Positions 35,201-48,100 of a DNA stretch of 64,000 nucleotides are shown here, piece after piece (the stretch's first letter is position 1; each line of letters starts with the position of its first letter). Position numbers and translations under genes: made by a program. A model generated the notes under the pieces. The model saw only the letters and a list, made by a program, of their open reading frames with translations, was not told where the DNA came from and searched no databases. The stretch is from NCBI GenBank assembly GCA_040954595.2, contig CM082587.2, positions 6,871,705-6,935,704 of the forward strand, given 5' to 3'. The stretch is from Balanoglossus misakiensis (taxonomy: Eukaryota; Animalia; Hemichordata).

Positions 35201-38200
35201 ACATTCACCATTCTTTCACCATGAAAGTCACCACAACCATCAACATCAACAGGGTAAGTGAAAATGAACAGTGACCTTTCATATTGGTGTGTTACTGGTA
35301 TGACATCATACGTCATTCAGCGTTATACACAGTGAAACCTGTCTATTAAGCCTGTTGGAACAGACCTACACCTTTTAACCCCTTTCACCAAAATGGTTCA
35401 GGCCAAACCCATTGTTTTCTATAGTAAGGTTGGACCTCTAAAGAGGGAACTGGGGGTGAATGAATGGTTGACAGCGACAATTTGACCAGTAACTCAACAG
35501 TGAGCTAAAACACATTCGAATTTGTTTCACGACTTTATCAGGGGATTCAGAGAGTATCAAGGTCACGCCGACATTCCCCGTGTCTGGTAGCGGAGGTGAA
35601 GAAATCTTATCAAAGTATAAGAATATGGCAATTAGTGGTCAGAACGTGGAAGGTAGGATGAGGTTCCCTTGTAATCGCATATAAAAATGATTCATTTTGT
35701 TCTGAGGCAAGTTTTAACCTAGCAATGCATCATGCAACATCTGAACAGCATTGTTGAGTAGCCAAGTTCTGATAGACACAATTTACTTGTAGAACAACAT
35801 CAATATTTAAGTGTTCAGGAATTTCTTTTACGTATTCTTGAAGTAGGAATTCATCATTAGAAAATCACTCTAAAGTATGGGCTACAGGTGATACGATTGT
35901 TGACAGTTGCCTCCATTATTTACAGTTGCGGGGCCGGAGGAGATCCTGAACAAATACCGCCACAAGCTGGACCTGGTGTCGTCGTCCGGCAGCGACGGGG
36001 CACTGGTTAATTTCAACGCGTCGTTAGACGAACACGAGCCGAGCGCCGAACAGCACGATCACACCGACGGCGCCGTCGTCACCGGCGACAACATCGAGTC
36101 CACCTACGCTTTCGTGGACGCCAAACGCAAGCTGCGAATCGTTCTGTGCTCGGCCGACTTCCACACGCTGCCCTGGCTGAGCAATTTCGCGGTGGCCACC
36201 TCGCAGCGCGGCGGTTTGGCGGAGAACGTGGTCTGTGGGGCCGGCGGTGGCAGAGAGGCCAACGATAATGAACTTGTGGCTTTCCTCAAAGTGCAGTTGG
36301 CGGAAGCCATTAATCTGCAGGACAAGTCTCTGATAGCCCAGCTTCATGAAACCCTCAGATGTGTTAGACAGTTTGATTCTGACGGGTAAGTTATAGTGCT
36401 AGTAGTGGCCTGGCCTAAAATGCCAATGTTTCCCATCCGTTGATGTCAACCCATGGGTACAACAATACCTGGCGGTTATAGCTGCAGTAATACAGAAAAA
36501 TTTGTGAAAAGTAGCCAGTCTAGACACTTTCCTAAACTGTCCTTTATCAACACTAGGCTGTTACAGAAACATCATGAACATGTCAATTGCACAAGGCCAC
36601 TGTAGATAAGTCTCCACTGTATAGAGGTGACCTCAAACTCAGGTTTGACCGTAAAAGGCTACGCTGTTAGTCTAAGACTACTATTGGATCAAAAAATCAC
36701 ACTTACAGTTCAGTGTTTCACTAACAAAATATCTCTGGAAGTTTTCCATCTAACAAACACAAATTCGAAATTTGCAAAGTTGTGACGTTAAAAATTTATA
36801 CTTCTTGCATGACAGAAAATTTTCGCATCATTTCACTCACAGGGCTCACTGCTTTAAACATTAAAGTATTAGAATACTGGCAACGCATCTGTAATCAAAG
36901 ACTGATTTTGTGATCTCTTCCAGGAGTAAAAAGTTACTGCATTCTCTGCAGCAAGACTACCTCAACAGAGCACCGTACATTTCATATTTAGTTCGGAGTA
37001 GAAAAGGATTACTAGCAACAAAAAACCACTTAGAGAGACTATTAGAGAGAGTTGAAAGGTAAGATAGGCAGAATTCTTAATGTATAGTTGATGTAAAATT
37101 GCATTATACATTTGCCATTGTTTCTAATATAACATTGCTTACTTTTATCTTGGCAGAGACAAAACTGTGTGCAATAAGTATTTTACAGCGCAGTGTGTGC
37201 AACACTTCTTAGACAGACAAGAGGATGCTATTCAACGTTTTGTGTTAGGCTTTCAAGAACTCACTGTCCCCGATGAAAAAGTGAGTCTACTACAACATTG
37301 TTCTGTTTCTATATTCACAATGCAACGGAGTATTCGCGTCAAAGACTATATGCTGCGTACTACTTGTAACAAATAATTCTGCATGCTGTACTAGATGAAG
37401 ATCTTTTTGTAGTCCCTGAAGGAACCATGTTTATCTCGCTATATTGGGAGTAGCTCAAACTTTAGAACTCAGAACTAAAAATACTGAAAAAGAGTTGGAA
37501 GTTACATGCAGTGGAGCCATAACCCTTTCACCACCATGGTATGGTCCAAATACATTGTTTTCTATGGAAGTGTTGGACCTCTACAGAGGGAACTGGGGGT
37601 GAAAGGGTGGAACTTCCTACCTATTTCAGTGGTTAGCCACAAACCCATGCAAATTTGTTTTTAGCTTCTCACAAGCGAGATATAACCCAACAAACACTAT
37701 CCCATCAGGTGGGATAATACTTGTAGTAGTATCCATTCACCCTTGGAATCCCCTAACAAAGATGTTTTCATTTCACAGACTGATCATGTTGAAGAGTTTC
37801 TACATTATCTCTACACCTGGATATCACAGGATCCAATATGGCAAGGTAAAAAATCAAGGGTTGTGTTGTCAAACAAGATAGATGATTTCTGACTCTTCAG
37901 TACCCTTTGGCTGTCTGTGATCAGCTTGTTATCAGGAGCAATTAAAATTGCCCAGATATGTTTAGTTTGCATTCATGGTACTCTATTGATTGTCAGTGGT
38001 TTCATTTCCATAAAACCATTTTTGCCAATTTTTCACAAATCTTGATTTATGTCCACACAGCTGCCAGTGAAGAACAGAAAGAAGACGCCCAAGTCGCGAC
38101 AGAGAGAGCGATAATGAGCAGTATTTATAAACAGGCATTGTTTCCCAATGCTGATGGTGATATTATGAGAGATCAGTGAGTATTTCACATGCATTATTTA

Positions 38201-39298
38201 ATTTTCAGTTTCGTAGTTTTCGTCTAATATCCAGATTATACACACCAATTATATTATGGTACATCTATAGAAGTCTACTGTCAAAAGTTGCGTCAACTAT
38301 TTTGTCAATTTTCTCCTAATTTTCAGAGTGCTACACGAGTATGTGAAGAGACTCTCCGGGATTGTGACGGCCAGCCACAAAGCATTACAGATACCGGAGA
38401 AATACCGGAAAGAGTCCCCATGGCCGTCGGCCCAGGCAGAAATACTTACAATCAACGCTTATAAGGCGAGTAGATTTTTAAGCAGAATACCACTCCTGGT
38501 CAACACATCGTATTTCCTACCTGGTGGTCAGTGCCACTTTTGGAAAACCACTCGGACTACTAGTATTCATTTGAGATGACAACTTTCACCCCTTTTACTT
38601 TTATGGAGGTCCAACTTTCCCCATAGAAAACAATGGGTTTGGACCAAAGAATTCTGGTTAAAGGGTATATGTTATGGTTCTCTCTTGTTTCCCAATAAAC
38701 AATTATGTGCTTTGACAGTGTGTATTGTTTTTATCAATAGAACACCATGTGAAATACTGTAAAACACTTTATTTTCGCGAGCAATAAATTTTTTGTGAAA
38801 TACGCGAGAGCCAAAATAGCCAAAATTTTTGCAGATAACGATGCAGTGAATAAAATAAGAGAACGAAAATTAATTCTAGCGAAACAGTGGCCTCTCTCGA
38901 TACCACGAAAATTTAAACTCGCGAAAATAAAGTGTTTTACAGTACAATGTATTTGCATGATACAATTTGAAAAATTTGGACATCAAAAATCTGCTGTTTT
39001 GGTATTTAAAATGCCACTTCTGACTTGGTTACAGACGCCCAAAGACAAACTGCAGTGTGTGATGCGATGCTGTTCGACCATCATGAATCTTCTGAGCATG
39101 GCTAATGAGAACTCAGTACCCGGCGCTGACGATTTCGTCCCCGTGCTAGTCTTCGTGCTCATCAAAGCCAACCCGCCCAGCTTACTGTCAACGATACAGT
39201 ACGTGAACAGTTTCTACGATAAACGTTTCAGCGGCGAAGAGCAGTATTGGTGGATGCAGTTCTGCGCAGCGATTGAATTTATCAAAACGATCGATTGA
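29245..39298 (+). CDS. GAPVD1: GTPase-activating protein and VPS9 domain-containing protein 1 (GAPex-5/RAP6)
   Basis: Coding exons 29245-30363, 30704-30835, 31190-31400, 31756-31922, 32415-32802, 33276-33598, 33813-34547, 34654-34720, 35131-35253, 35542-35652, 35926-36385, 36924-37058, 37157-37280, 37779-37845, 38061-38175, 38327-38465, 39035-39298. N-terminal LAKHLKEEKLFV, RasGAP (FVCPAIVNPEPYGI, ARFNLMQVAQILQ), ETWSTDVL, DAKRKLRIVLCSAD, VPS9 (GADDFVPVLVFVLIKANPP...GEEQYWWMQFCAAIEFIKTID). Confidence 0.96.
30902..31109. mobile_element. TA-flanked MITE (Tc1/mariner-type) in a GAPVD1 intron
   Basis: TA-CTGTAAAACACTTTATTTTCGCGAG ... AAAATAAAGTGTTTTACAG-TA. Confidence 0.8.
38757..38942. mobile_element. 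Second copy of the TA-flanked MITE, opposite orientation
   Basis: Same TIRs and TA flanks; interior is the reverse complement of 30902-31109 with a deletion. Confidence 0.8.
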
Positions 39299-41925
39299 TG
39301 TCGGCGAAAAAAAGTATGGTCAGATTTACACATATAGAGTATATATTTAACGCAACGAGTAATGAGTGTTGAAGCAGTTCGTAGCCATCGAAACTCAAAG
39401 ACAGGTTTGTGATATTTTCACATTACATAATGATATTGTACTGTGATTTTACACGAAACCAGAAGTGACATGTATTGGCAACTACAAGAAGGATCAAATG
39501 CATTGGGCATTTCTTGTGTATCAGTGTTATTTTGCATATTAACAGTCGGCACCCCTGGCTAGAGTACACATCAGCAACTGTCAACAGTTATTCCTGGCCT
39601 ATGTGAGACAAGCAATTGTCTCATTAGCATATCATTAACATATCACAAGCATCAGGCACTGCCAGCATGTCACCTATACAAAATCTGTAATGAAAATGTG
39701 CTTTAATTTTGTGGAATTTGCTCTTGATCGGCACTTCTGGGATGAATTTGACGAAAAATAGAATATTACACATTTCACTAGGCAGTGTCAGTCACGTGAC
39801 ATGTTTTCCATGACTTTTTTAGTGTGACTGTTTGATCCTGTCATGGCTTCCTGAAATTGCAGAGTTCTGTATTTTCTTATCATTTACACAAGGTTCTAGC
39901 ACAAACAGGTTTCCTTTGTCTTGCCATGATCCATTCCTAAAACAGTTTCTTCCAGTTGTCGTTGTTTTTTTTTCTTAAAAAAAGACCTAAGAGATCTCTC
40001 GGTGTTAATAAACACAAATGGCACTGGTCATCAACAGATGAACAGTTTATTTGTGGTCCTTTCATCTCAGACAAGTTTACAACTGAGCGCTGAATAAAAT
40101 GCTTTTTTCAGAAATTTTACATTATAGAACTTGAGTTATGATGGTTCAGAACACACTCTGTTTGCAAAGTATGGCATCGGACCTGTTTGTTCATATTGGG
40201 TACACTCACTGTAGATGGAAGTTGCAATAGCCTATTAAAGTTAGTGTACCTGCATAATAATTGGTATATTTTACAACCGTTTCTTTTATCATATTTATTG
40301 CATGATTGTGTACGCACTGATGAACCCACGTCGTAAGGCAGTGTCTGCACAAACTTTTCGTTCTTAAAGCTTTACTGAGTGGAGTAAATAACTTTCTTTC
40401 AAATACAGGGTAATAGTATACGCATATTGACTGGTCATTAGGGTAACAGCGTACGTCTGTTTCCCCTCCGAGGGACTGTGGGCCGCCCTAAAACAGTCTG
40501 TTCAAAGAAAAAAATGCTTGCATGGAATCAAGGCCATAATTTTAATGTTTTATCTGGCAGTACTTTATTTTGCAAGGATTCTAAGTTTTTTGTCTGCAGT
40601 GGTTGGGTCAAAATATATGATGAATGTACACAAAGGAGATGCACATTTATTTTCATTGCTGGTATTAATGAATATTTGCGTTGTGTACAGCTTTAATGAT
40701 TGACTCTTGTTTTCCGTTTTGCATGTGCGAGATACGATAATAGTGAGGCTGATTTTAATATATTGTTTTGAATTGTATCTTAAGGACCATTCAAGTTGAC
40801 TGCTTTGTAACTTTTTCAGCTAGTTGGAAATCTAGATTATGATACTGTAATTTCCCTCGGCAGAAGTGATAGCTTCTATTCTTCTCGCTGAACCCACATG
40901 GCATCACCCTGTGCAAGATTTTTTAGTGTTGCTTGACACGGACTGATCAGAAATGTGTATTTGTCTGTAACACATGCTGTGATTGGTTAGTGTCCGTTTG
41001 AATCGGCTAGCTGTGTAGTATAGTGCAGCCAACCAGAGTTTGTAATACATAGTGTATTTTTATCCCAGTGTAGTGCTACCTACCCACCTTGAATAGAAGT
41101 CGTGTGATACAAACAAATTACTGTCAACAATTATGCTGTCTGAATTAAATGTTTAAAAGACAGCTAATAATTTTTATTTCAGTGAACGTTATTCTGTGCT
41201 TGTCATAATTATACATGTGTGATTTCTGATCACTCTATACACTGTTTTACTTGTTCACAAGTTGCATTGTTCATGGTGATAACATTAAATTATGAAATGT
41301 TATCTACAACAGTTCTAAGTCTTTGTTTTCTTGATAGTATACAAGTGGATGTACTGTGATTTTACTGACAAAACTATTTGGCATCTCTGGTACATATGTT
41401 TGTGCAATATGCGGGACAGTGAAATCAAGCAAGTTGATGTAAACAAAAAAATACACACGATACAACCATATTTAGCAAAAGTTGTATGCTGTTTGCATAC
41501 AAACAATATTTTAATCATAAAAACGTATGGCCTTGGTGAAAAAAAATGTTGAATTTACATCAGATTTTTTTTTAAATTTACAAGATGTTTATAAAGACAA
41601 CTGAAATGTGGGCCTTCCAGAGCTTTGCAATCTTTTTGTGGTGCAAGTTCTTGATCATTTTTGTGGAAAGACAAGATCAACTTTATTTAAACAGAAAATG
41701 AAATGTCCAAATCCCTCTCCCCGTCCTCCCCCCCCCCCCCAAAAAAAAAGTCCAGGAACAGGCAGTGTTCATCACTTCTGGAGCACAAAAAAGAATATTT
41801 TTCCAGGTTGTAACCTCCAATGCACTCTGAATCTCAAGTGCTTCCTTGTTGTACGATGCAACACACTGATCTTTTCTTTCAGTTCCACAGATAAAATATA
41901 AAAGATATCTTAGAGTCTGTAAGTG

Positions 41926-42996
41926 TTAATTTCCTTTGCTTTGAGCAGCTTCCTTCCTGGCAGCATCTTGAAGTAGTTGTGTGTCCACCTCGTCAGCAGG
42001 CAGCTGTACATATCGAACCACTGAACCCCGGATAAAGCAGTTTTTCACTGATTGCTGTGCAGGTAAGAAAGAATTGGCACATTTCAAAAAGAGCAACCAT
42101 ATATGATTTATTGGAAAGGAGTGTGATTACTTGAAACAAAACAATAATCTCACTGAATTGTACAACTAAGGTACCATACCTTCAAACTATTGATATAGAA
42201 TTCAATTGGTATTATATACTTTATGCTAAAGAAACTACTGATACTTAAGAAAACATGTTGACCACGTGAATTGCAGGATGTGGTCTCGCCAAAATTTCCT
42301 CACCACTTACCATGTGTGGGTATTTTTCAGGATCAGTAACACTGATATCTGTTAGTTTTATGTTGAGAAACTGGTCTACTGAATGAAGTGTACCACATAT
42401 GCTGAAACAAATAAATAGAAATAATACCTGTAAAATAAATTCACAACATTTCTGTAGAACTTCTAACAGACATCATGACGACATTGCTGCAACTGAGCCT
42501 GAAGTGCTCGGACTTCAATGAACAGATAAAAACAAAATACATCCCCATTGTTGGCCTGCAGGTGGCGCACTTTACAGTCGTTTCAAAGACGCGCGCTGCT
42601 CGAAGACGTGATGTACAATGTACTCACAACGTGAAAAGGGGTTCAGAAGAGGAGACAGGGGATTTACTCGTAGCAAGGGGTAAAGCGAGCAGAGCAAGAG
42701 GTTGCGTTGCAATAAAATTGAACATTCGTTTGCATGTGTACATGCATCTGTTGTCACCTCACCCACGGTTACTAGTGCCTCACCTCAAATCATTCTTGAG
42801 CTCGACGACCACATCCTTCCCAACCAGTGATTTGAAAAACGAATAGAAAAGCTAGAAGAAATCAGAAATTGCTATTATAAACACAAATACCGCCCAAATT
42901 TTCAGATAGCTCTAAATGCATGGAAAGAACTCGGATTTCCGTGTATATGAACAAATTGACGAACAAGCGTGTACTAAACGTCATGATACCCACCAT
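41926..42996 (-). CDS. LSM2: U6 snRNA-associated Sm-like protein LSm2 (96 aa)
   Basis: Exons 42996-42994 (ATG only), 42851-42784, 42401-42311, 42054-41926 give MLFYSFFKSLVGKDVVVELKNDLSICGTLHSVDQFLNIKLTDISVTDPEKYPHMQSVKNCFIRGSVVRYVQLPADEVDTQLLQDAARKEAAQSKGN. Missed by the ORF track because exons are short. Confidence 0.96.
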
Positions 42997-43336
42997 CTTG
43001 ACTAGAGGATGCTGGGAAAATACGGAGGGATATCCCATCCTCGTTCGCACTACAAATTCACACGAAAAGTAAAACATAACAACTTTATTTCAACTTGAAA
43101 TAATCTTATATAAATACATTTCCCATGTTGGATAATTGTATAATTTTGTTTTATTATTGAAGAAAATTTCTATTTATAACACATTAATCATCAAAGAAAA
43201 AATAGCGGATAAGAGGTTGCTTTGCTGATGCATTGTGGGAATTATACCGCCATATTGGATGTTAGTGTGCTGCAGATCTGTGTGAAAGTGTGAATGATTT
43301 AGTAATTTCGAAGTTTAAATAAGCAGGTTAATCACA
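42997..43336. promoter_or_regulatory. Bidirectional promoter of LSM2 and PSMB1
   Basis: 340 bp between divergent ATGs; ZNF143/Staf-like TGCATTGTGGGA (43229-43240) and GGATGCTGGGAAA (about 43007-43019); YY1-like CCGCCATATTG (43247-43257). Confidence 0.65.
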
Positions 43337-46059
43337 ATGAGTGTTGAAGTACCATTCGCTCATAGCCAAAGTGCTGCAGGACCAAAACAGAGTTATTTCA
43401 GCCCATATGCTTTCAATGGCGGGTGAGTATGCGATCTAGTTTTATATTTGGTCGGCTGCTAGTGTCGATGACTTGCAATACACACCAAATACCCACATGA
43501 CATTGTCAGTGGAATCATGTCATCCTGGTCCATGGTAGCTGCAATAATTGTAGCGGCCGGTGCTGCTTGGTTGACTGGTATGCAGCATAACCGCTACAAG
43601 GCCTTGTGTGTAATTTTCCAATCAACTTTCGGTCGTCAGCTCAGTTATGGGGTTTAACTCTTACCTCCGATAACATTTGAACACCGAACGGGTGCATCCC
43701 CCCTAAAAAACACCTCCGACGCCCAAATTTCCCCAAAAATTGTCCTGCTTCCATTAAAAAAACGATAAATCCACTGAAGTTTCGCCGATGTTTACAAACT
43801 TTGTCCGCCATGTTTGCTCTGACATGGTGGAACACATCGGCGAAACTTCAGTGGATTTATCGTTTTTTTTTAATGGAAGCAGGACAATTTTGGGGGAAAT
43901 TTGGGCGTCGGAGGTGTTTTTTAGGGGGGATGCACCCGTTCGGTGTTCAAATGTTATCGGAGGTAAGAGTTAAACCCCATAACTGAGCTGACGACCGAAA
44001 GTTGATTGGAAAATTACACACAAGGCCTTGTAGCGGTTATGCTGCACACCAGTCAACCAAGCAGCACCGGCCGCTACAATCATTGCAGCTAGGTCCATGG
44101 TGGACTGGGCTGGAGCTACCCGTTATGACATACAAACTTTAATGCATGCATAGAGCTGTTTCTGATATATTTCACTCATTTGTAAATAAAAGTATTGATT
44201 ACCTTTTTTTCTGCCACACAGTACTGTTATGGCGATAGCCGGCGAAGACTTTGCTGTGATAGCATCAGATACCAGACTCAGTGAAGGTTTCCAAATACAC
44301 ACAAGGGACAGCCCTAAAATATACAACTTGTAAGTACCCATGAGCACGGAATCCATCATGGATGAACGATATGCTGCGATGTGTGTTAAACAAGCTGCAG
44401 GACCTCTATATATCAAGTCAAACATGATTTCAGTCATAGAGTATGTAAGCATGGTCATTCGAGTGACTGTGATGTAAGCGTACAAATACTGATACATGTG
44501 CTAGACCTGTACATGTCAATGGATTACAGAATGTCATAGATTAGAACAGTAACTGGTCTTTATGTGGCAGCCAAGTCACTTACATTGGCAACCCTTCTGT
44601 TCTGATCCTTGGTAAAGTTCAAAATTCATGTTAGATTGAGAGAAAATAGTTTGCAAGGCTTGTCATACCGCAAGCAAATAGGATATGAACTTCTTCCCAT
44701 ATTATGTTTTCGATTGAGAAAAACTTTATTTGTACTTTATGTTGCAGATCTGATAAGGTGGTTTTAGGATGTACCGGTTTCCATGGTGATGTGCTCACTT
44801 TAACAAAAGTCATTGAAGCAAGGCTTAAGGTATGGTTTCACTTGATAACACTCATCAGCAAAACTGTGTACACTTATAAAAAAGCACGAGTTTTAAAATC
44901 TTTGAGTCAACGTGAGATTGTTGTAAGCCAGCATAGTGGTCACTTTTTTACCAACAGTACAATTCAATATCCTGTGCTATTAGCATAAATTTACAAAAGG
45001 AATTTTGGTGGACAGGACTGAGGAGAGAATTGAATGAAATGCAGAAATAAATAGCTGCAACATTATTCTGAGAGTTTGAGTTGAAATGTTACTAAACTCT
45101 TGTAGTATTTTGGATAGTTCAAACAGCTCATTGGGGCACCCAAATTTTATACATTACACTGACGCTTGAATAGAAAATGTGCACAAGGCTTCTCAAAGGC
45201 TTGCTGATGGTATATACAATGATATTTTTTGTGACAGGTCTTCAAGAATGATCATCAGAAGGAAATGAGTTGTCCAGCAGTAGCTGCCATGCTATCAACA
45301 CTGCTTTACTACAGACGATTCTTTCCATATTATGTGTATAATATCATAGCTGGTTTGGATGCAGAAGGTAAGACAAGTGATGTAGCGAATGTCAGTGCAA
45401 TGCACTTTCTGCTTTGAAGTGTAGTGTGTGTACTTGAGTGTCACTTGGCACCTTCATACATTCTACATGTAGATATGGGATATTTTCTTTTTCCGGTGAA
45501 GTATGCCAGAAATAAGTTTACAGTATTGCTAATCCGGTCCCATGTTAAAAAGAAGGTGTTTTATCATCCCCCAGGAAAAGGTTGTGTTTATAGCTACGAT
45601 CCAGTTGGTTCCTATGAAAGGGAGAGTTACCGGGCGGCGGGGTCAGCCAGTGCCATGTTACAACCACTTCTAGATAACCAGGTATGCAATCAAGTCACTT
45701 TCTTCTTGTAAAGATGAACTTCTAACAATGCATAATGTTACGGTAGTTACACTTTGCCTCAGGGAGTACACCATTCATCACAATATTTTATGTGTATCAT
45801 GTAATCCAGATTATTTCCGCTAAAAATATATTTCTCACAGTTGTGTTTCATTTCCTTTTTCTCTTACCCCCAGATTGGCTTCAAGAACCAGCAGAATGTG
45901 GAGAAACTCCCGTTGTCGAGGGAAAAAGCTATCAATTTAGTCAAAGATGTCTTCATTTCTGCCGCTGAAAGAGATATCTACACTGGTGATGAAATCATCA
46001 TCAGTGTTATAGACAAGGATGGTGTCCAGACAGATAGGTTTCCACTCAGGAGAGATTAG
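43337..46059 (+). CDS. PSMB1: Proteasome subunit beta type-1 (beta6)
   Basis: Exons 43337-43422, 44222-44329, 44748-44829, 45238-45367, 45575-45681, 45874-46059: [103 protein letters not shown]. Confidence 0.97.
43536..44091. mobile_element. 556-bp foldback element with ~255-bp TIRs and 9-bp TSD (AcademH- or Mutator-like) in PSMB1 intron 1
   Basis: TAGCTGCAAT...ATTGCAGCTA, arms almost perfectly complementary around a ~40-bp spacer; GGTCCATGG at 43527-43535 and 44092-44100. Confidence 0.9.
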
Positions 46060-48100
46060 GGAAAAAAAGCAAGAAAAAAGATTTTGCATCGATGTCCATT
46101 TCTTGGTTCTTATTTGTCTGATTTGTGGATATGTACACTTTTTTGTCCCCTTTCAGTTTTGCTGACGGATTCACTGGTGTCACTGTGAGTCACAATGCAA
46201 TCAGCTATGTAGTTATTGTGAACAAGACTTGCGAGGAGATTAATTGTACACTGGACTATTGGGGGGAAAATCTGAACAACAAAATTGTTGTAAACATCGT
46301 TGAGAAATAAAACACTAAGCAGCATGCTTCATGATATTCTGTACTTTGCAGAAGACTTGGAATAAACAAACATTTTGTAAACATTTTTCCCTGCGTGTGA
46401 TTTTCTTTTTAAGATCTTTCTACTACCCTCCCACCTTCAGATTATAATACGTTGGTTCATATTTTAAAGTTGGAAACTCATTTCTTGCATGATGGGTGGG
46501 CTCCATTGACTTTTTGTCACGGGAAACCCGAGTTTTCTATTCATCAACTTGGGTAACAAAAAACAAAAGAGCACTTTTAATCTATTAATGTGGTAATCCA
46601 TTGTTACATTTATCTTATCAGTTGAAGCTATGATATGAAAGTCAATGTCTATGAGGACTCATCGATGGAACTATGTTGACAGGGAAAAATGAATTTTTCA
46701 TTGTCAAAATCTGATTTTGTCCCATTTAGACAACTAAATGTCATTTCTGGACATTTTTCATAGGAAATAAAAAAAATTACTAACTCTGGTGACTATCGTT
46801 TTTGGATATTTTTCATGGGTGTCTCATGAAAAGTGTCAAAATATGACAAATACCCGAGCTTGCAAATTTGGTGATTTTGTCATTTTTGGTCATTCTTCAT
46901 GGGTTACAGCTCTTGAAAATTGTCAAAAAAAGTTTTTTTCTCACTTTCTGATAGTCGAAATACATGGTCCGTTTTTTCCACCGGACAAAAAGAGTCACAA
47001 ATACCAATATTTGTTAATGATTTATTCTGAAGATTCTGAGTACGCAGTGCAAACCGACTTGTCATCATTGTTTTTGAATAGACACTTTAATGACGTCGAC
47101 GATGGTGCTGATTGTCCCCTGTTTCGGATGTGGAATCGTCCGATATTTAAAATAATACAATCTCGTTGCTGATTGGTTCGAGTCACCTGGACGACTTGGA
47201 CATGGTAATTACGTCTACCATCCGGGATTTTTGAAAAAGACGGCCACGCTTCTCAGTGCTCGTGGGCTTCATTTTGATGCGGAGCGCAGAACTCAACAAC
47301 ATGGTTTCTGCGCTGTTTATTGCTGTAAAGTCCACGGTAAGTAAAGTAACAGAAGTGGAAACAATTACTCAGTTATTGACCAGACCTATAGGTTATAGTT
47401 TAGCAAGTTCCGGACAACTAAAATCACGCGTCCGGCAATCACTGAAAAAGAACACGCGTCACAGTCAAACAGTTCGAGTCAGTGTTTCACTGCGTTTGAA
47501 TTTACAAATTCCTTCCTTTTGCGTTATCTGACCTGATATGCATGGTTTATTAGACAAGTCGGTATTGTAGTTCTTTGTCATGTTCATTGATATAATAGAC
47601 ATTCATTTAAATGTACTTCCATTTATTTTGCAGATGCGAAGACCAGATGAACTGATAATGTCCAGCAACCAAGCCGAGGCCGCCAGTGAGGACCAGTGGA
47701 TGCCATGATGTGTCAAGCCAGATGGACAAGTAAGCCATGGTATTAACCAAGTATTTTTTTCATTGTGGCCATTTTGAACGATGTTACTTGATTCTGACTG
47801 GTGCCGGTTGCCAGCTCAGCGTACAGATTTGTACAAACCTGCAGTATGTAAATATATATTGATCCAACATGACTGCATGCTCGGTGCATGGGTAATTTTT
47901 GTTACGGCACCAACAAGTTCATCGGCTTTGAATGCTTCGAAAGGTGCTCGTTGTTCTGTGTGTGTGTGTGTGTGTGTGTCACGGTAAGTTGTACGGTATA
48001 TTTGGGCCATGCAACTGTAGTCTACAATGAGGTGAGCGTTTGTATGTTCCATGGCTGAATGAAGACCAGTGGATGGTATGAAGTTTCATAACAAGTAAGT

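Noticed and set aside
29410-36347. Antisense ORFs over GAPVD1 exons (288, 195, 164 aa and others)
   Set aside because: Codon-bias shadows of the plus-strand gene.
43641-43986. Mirror ORFs on both strands
   Set aside because: By-product of the palindromic transposon.
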